NCBI GenBank assembly: GCA_030770535.1
Contig: JASVEC010000011.1
Span: forward strand, 372,001-436,000
Length of the DNA stretch: 64,000 nt
Direction of reading: 5' to 3'
Source of the DNA: Batkoa obscura
Lineage: Eukaryota
Notes under the pieces: generated by a model
Database searches by the model: none
What the model was told of the DNA's origin: nothing
Seen by the model: only the letters and a program-made list of their open reading frames with translations
In this document: positions 59,629-64,000 of the stretch, in pieces
Layout of the letters: the number at the start of each line of letters is the position of its first letter
Position numbering within the stretch: the stretch's first letter is position 1
Translations under genes and position numbers: made by a program

Positions 59629-60407
59629 TTAATGTACATATTCAGGATTTTTGTTAATGAAATCAGCAACAGCTGAAGCACGAGTATATACACCTGGTTT
59701 ACCTTTGAGAGCACAACCCTCACCCCATGAGACAATACCAACCAATACTGGAGTGGTACCTTCTTCAATAAAGATTGGACCTCCAGAATCACCTTGGCAA
59801 GAATCTTTACCTCCTTCTGGATAGGCAGCGCAGAATTGGGTTTAATATCCAAACGTGAATAAATTTGTTTGCAATCATTAGCACTGAATACAGGTATTTT
59901 AACTTCTAAAAGGACTTGTGAAATTGCAGACACTTCGGAGATATGGCGCCACCCAGTAAATTTAAGCAATGTGTTATCCATGCTAGAGTAGTTCCCAGAA
60001 TCAATTTTGGTGCCAGGAGATAGACCATCTTCGGTATCAAGTTCCCAGACAGAAATGCCGTAAGTGCTAGTATTTATATCCTAATTTGGATGAACGATTA
60101 GAGATTTGATTTTACAATTCTTTCCTTGTTCAGAAGATTCACTAACTTGGAGTCTGTGGCGGTGTACACAGGCAGTCTATGGCGAATCTTCCCGAATAAT
60201 ACAATGGGCAGCTGAGATAACAGTGTTCCCATTGTATAAAATGCCTCCAAATGCGTGAAGTGGCCCGTAAGCAAGAGATGCTATCCATGGGTATTTGGAT
60301 TTTGTAGATACTTCATAACCGCCTACAGCATGATAAGGCGGTGTTTTGAATGGAACATCAGCAGCAATGACTGTACCAAGGAGAGTTAAAATAAAAACAG
60401 ATTTCAT
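59629..60407 (-). pseudogene. Trypsin pseudogene (frameshifts and stops)
   Basis: MKSVFILTLLGTVIAADVPFKTPPYHAVGGYEV...SAAHC, followed by frameshifts and a TAG. The 3' ~170 bp is identical to the intact copies. Confidence 0.88.
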
Positions 60408-62954
60408 TGAATTGTTTAAACAAACTTTAAATATTCCAATCAGTTTTTATAGCTAGTTTTAAATTAACCTAAAACTTCTGCTTACTTTTTGTATAAGTCA
60501 TACATGTTTAATGTGATAATATCTATTGTTACAAATTTCGGTCCATCTAATTTATATATTGGCTTTCTATATATACATACTTGCTTTCTATATATTTTTT
60601 ACTGTTTGTAAGTATGTTTTTTTGAAAATATATTTATTGAAAATTTTTAACAGTTGATTTCATTTTTAGTAATGTAATCTGTTAAAAAATAAAGTTTGTA
60701 TTATTTATCGTATTATTAATAAAAGTTCTAATTAAAATACAAGCTACTTTAATTGTTTTTAATTAATGCTGAAATTACTATCTTTACTTGTCTGTATTAA
60801 ATCTAATACCACTCAAGTGGTTTACTTGATTGTTAAAAAATATATCCTCTTTTTTGCTACTTGTATCGAATTGCTATCCTTTATAATCCATATAATGTAA
60901 AAATATAAATAAGCGCTAAAGATCTATCTACTGCCATTCAATTTAGATAGTATATTTAAACAAAAGAACATATGGCACTTTTCTCTTTTTGATACATAAT
61001 TACAGGCAGCATATTATTTGATATATCATTATTCAATTATTTCATTTCTATACTTATTTGAAGTTTAGTGCTAGTTAATTAACTTGTATTTTAGAGTTTT
61101 ACATTGCACATTGTTTTTTACAATACCTACACATGAATAAATTTAAAAGAATGTATGAGGATATTTTATACCAATTGTCCTTTTTTTGCGATTTTTTTAA
61201 ATTTAGAAATTAACCAGTATGCTGTTTAAGTTTGGATTTATGCTAGCCAATCGTTCATCTTAAATGAAATAAAATTAACAAGTCTTAAATCAGCATAATA
61301 GAACAAATAGGTTATAAAATCCATCGTTTACTAGCACATATTCGAACTTAAACAGCTACATTGATTAAATAATTTCTAAATTTAAAAAAAGCAAAATAGG
61401 GCAATAAGTAAAAAACATCCCAATATGTATTTGATGTGGTATCAAAGCTATAAAAACTTTACAAAAATTTTCTTTCTATTGAAATTCCAAAACGCCAAGT
61501 ATTTCATTAGCTGAAGTAAAATCTAAATATCCATGTCAGTAAGTTTAAGGGACAGAGCTATTATAAGGAATTGTCTGGTAAGGTGGGAATCGTATCTAGC
61601 AATTGCCTATCTTTGGAAGGACCTAATAGTAAAATAAGATCCATTTGACTTCAGTTCTCCAGACAAATTCCCATATAACAATGAAGACGGTGGTATTAGA
61701 AGGAGGACTGTTCTCTTAAAGCGGATCAAACTGTAAAGCTGAATAGCTTTTTGGATGATGCATAGACCTGTAATGAGGATAAGGGCCTTGAAGGTAATAG
61801 ATTTAGATGACAAAACTAAGATAGCGCCGGTAAAGGTGGCATTATATAATAAATTTTTAATACCCAAGTTTACTTTAACAATGTACACATGACATTGCTT
61901 GTGTATAATAAACCTTCTTAAAAGCAGACAAATATAATTTATTTAATTAAGTACCACATAGTATTTATTTTAAGTAAAAAAGCGCATACAAGAGAAAATG
62001 TGCAAATATTAAACTAAAATAATCAATAAGCAAATAATCACCCATCTTTAATTCTTGCTTTTAATCATATACACATTCATGCTTATATCACAATTTAAGA
62101 GTAAGGTACCCTTAAACACAAATAAATACATGAGCTAAAATAATATTTTAATATTATATATATCCTTGTGAATTTTTATTTAATCCAAATATTATGGAAT
62201 TTCAAAAACTGATATAGTATAAAAAATTAAGGTAATGACTAAGTTTTTGAAAATTCAAATAATTTTGATTTTTGTATTTTCACTAGTATATTTTGAAAAA
62301 TTGGATAAGACTATCTTGAAAAGAGTATATTCAAAAAGTAAATGACTCTTATAAAAATATGAGCCTATCCCCAATCAGACGCTGCATCTATATAGAAAGA
62401 GATAAACCGTTGAGTATAAAGAAAGATTATCATTATAAACCAATTTAGCAATAAAACCCTAAGGTTGGTAAGAATCAGATTAAGAAAATCAGGAAAACGG
62501 TATATTACTAAGTTTGAACGTGATTGGTTATCAAAATAAATGTAAAAGTATCAAAGAACTGATATTAATTAGTGTATTAAAGAAAGCTCAATTACATATA
62601 AATCATTATCTTACATTATAAATAAAAAAGGTAATTAAAAGATGTGATTTAGCTTTGCACCTCAAAATCAACTTTGATTGGTGTGACAAGTCAACAGCTG
62701 TGATTGTATCTTTATAATGGACCCTTGAAGCCAATGATATTAATAAAAGTAGATCTAGAAAGCAATTGAATGATACTTTATTAGAAATCTTGGTCGTTGT
62801 TATAATTGTAAATTAGGAAAGTAAATATAATGCTCTACAGATAAATATTTTATAGGATTTAAACATCAACTAAATGTGATAAAAGTATTTAAATCAAAAT
62901 TTCATAATTTCATAACTTGATAAAGCTTAAAGATTTATTAGAATTCGAACGTAA

Positions 62955-63725
62955 TTATTTAGAATTTTTGTTGATAAAGTCAGCAACAGCTGAAGCACGA
63001 GTATATACACCTGGTTTACCTTTGAGAGCACAACCCTCACCCCATGAGACAATACCAACCAATACTGGAGTGGTACCTTCTTCAATAAAGATTGGACCTC
63101 CAGAATCACCTTGGCAAGAATCTTTACCTCCTTCTGGATAGGCAGCACAGAACTGAGTAATGGTATCCAAATCTGAATAAGCTTGCTTGCATTTAGCAGC
63201 ATTAAATACTGGTACTTTAACTTCTAAAAGGACTGGGGAAACACTGCCACCGGATGAAGTAGTACCCCATCCAATAACCTTAAGTAAGGTATTATCCGTG
63301 CTGGCATACTTGCCGGCATCAAGTTTGACACCTGTTGATGGTCCAGTTGCAGTATTAAGCTTCCAGATGGCAACATCAAAAGCATTCGTGTTTGAATCAT
63401 AACTTGGATGAGAAATACGAGACTTGATCTTATAAGTCTTTCCTTGTTCTGAAGCTTCACTTGCATTTAAGTTGTGACGATGTACACGAGCAGTCCATGA
63501 TGAAGTTGATCCAATAACACAATGGGCAGCTGAGATAACAGTGTTTCCGTTATATAAAGTACCACCGCATGAATGAGAACCTCCATAAGCAAGAGACACT
63601 GCCCATGGATATTTAAACTTGGGAGATACTTCGTAACCACCTACAATACGACCAGGTGGTGTTGTGAATGGGATATCAGCAGCAATGGCGGCGCCAAGGA
63701 GAGTAAAGATGAGGGCAGATTTCAT
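62955..63725 (-). CDS. Secreted trypsin, inverted near-identical duplicate of 58313..59083
   Basis: Mature protein is identical except the last residue; the signal peptide differs at 3 positions. Confidence 0.96.
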   Translation of the reverse strand: MKSALIFTLLGAAIAADIPFTTPPGRIVGGYEVSPKFKYPWAVSLAYGGSHSCGGTLYNGNTVISAAHCVIGSTSSWTARVHRHNLNASEASEQGKTYKIKSRISHPSYDSNTNAFDVAIWKLNTATGPSTGVKLDAGKYASTDNTLLKVIGWGTTSSGGSVSPVLLEVKVPVFNAAKCKQAYSDLDTITQFCAAYPEGGKDSCQGDSGGPIFIEEGTTPVLVGIVSWGEGCALKGKPGVYTRASAVADFINKNSK

Positions 63726-64000
63726 TTATATGGCTTACAAAGAGATGGTTTAACCTATATTTTGAGCATTTTGAACTTATATTTATACTAACTTTATTTT
63801 TCACTACATGTTTCATTAAATGTTCGATTATTATATTCGATTATTATATTTAGTCACGTTAACTTAATGTGATTTTGAATGAACCATGAATAGTTTGCTA
63901 ACTAGGCTATTTTGCTAACAAATTTTGCGCAAACATTTTGATATTTTAACTGTTTATACCGTGATAGCACCAAATGATCTCAATTCTTAGCTATTGTTTA

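Noticed and set aside
58572..63791. Overlapping and antisense ORFs in the trypsin genes
   Set aside because: Shadow frames; used only as evidence of nucleotide identity.

Overview
AT-rich eukaryotic DNA with spliceosomal GT-AG introns. Gene content and style suggest an early-diverging fungus, most likely Entomophthoromycotina (Conidiobolus/Neoconidiobolus-like); this is inference. Housekeeping genes: an Rvs167-like BAR-SH3 protein, glutamine-dependent NAD+ synthetase (QNS1), an oxysterol-binding protein, an AVT-family amino-acid transporter and an F-box/RCC1-like protein. Accessory genes: three intronless FAR1/AFT-type (MULE-derived WRKY-GCM1 zinc finger) transcription-factor paralogs; an HMG20-like coiled-coil protein without an HMG box; a family of secreted DPBB (expansin/cerato-platanin-like) proteins with long, modular, mosaic charged repeat tails (3 tandem copies plus 1 frameshifted distant copy); a decayed class-A-like GPCR; and a trypsin cluster (2 apparently identical inverted copies, 2 pseudogenes, 1 catalytically dead homolog). 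Mobile elements: a structurally complete Sola2-like DNA transposon (22-bp TIRs, ATAT TSD, transposase split by a solo LTR), several decayed copies, about 20 related ~98-bp MITEs, about 10 solo LTRs (TGTGAAA...TTTCACA, 4-5-bp TSD) and TA-flanked Tc1/pogo-type MITEs, often nested. One hand-aligned pair of transposon copies differs only by transitions. All family calls come from motif recognition by eye; no searches were run.
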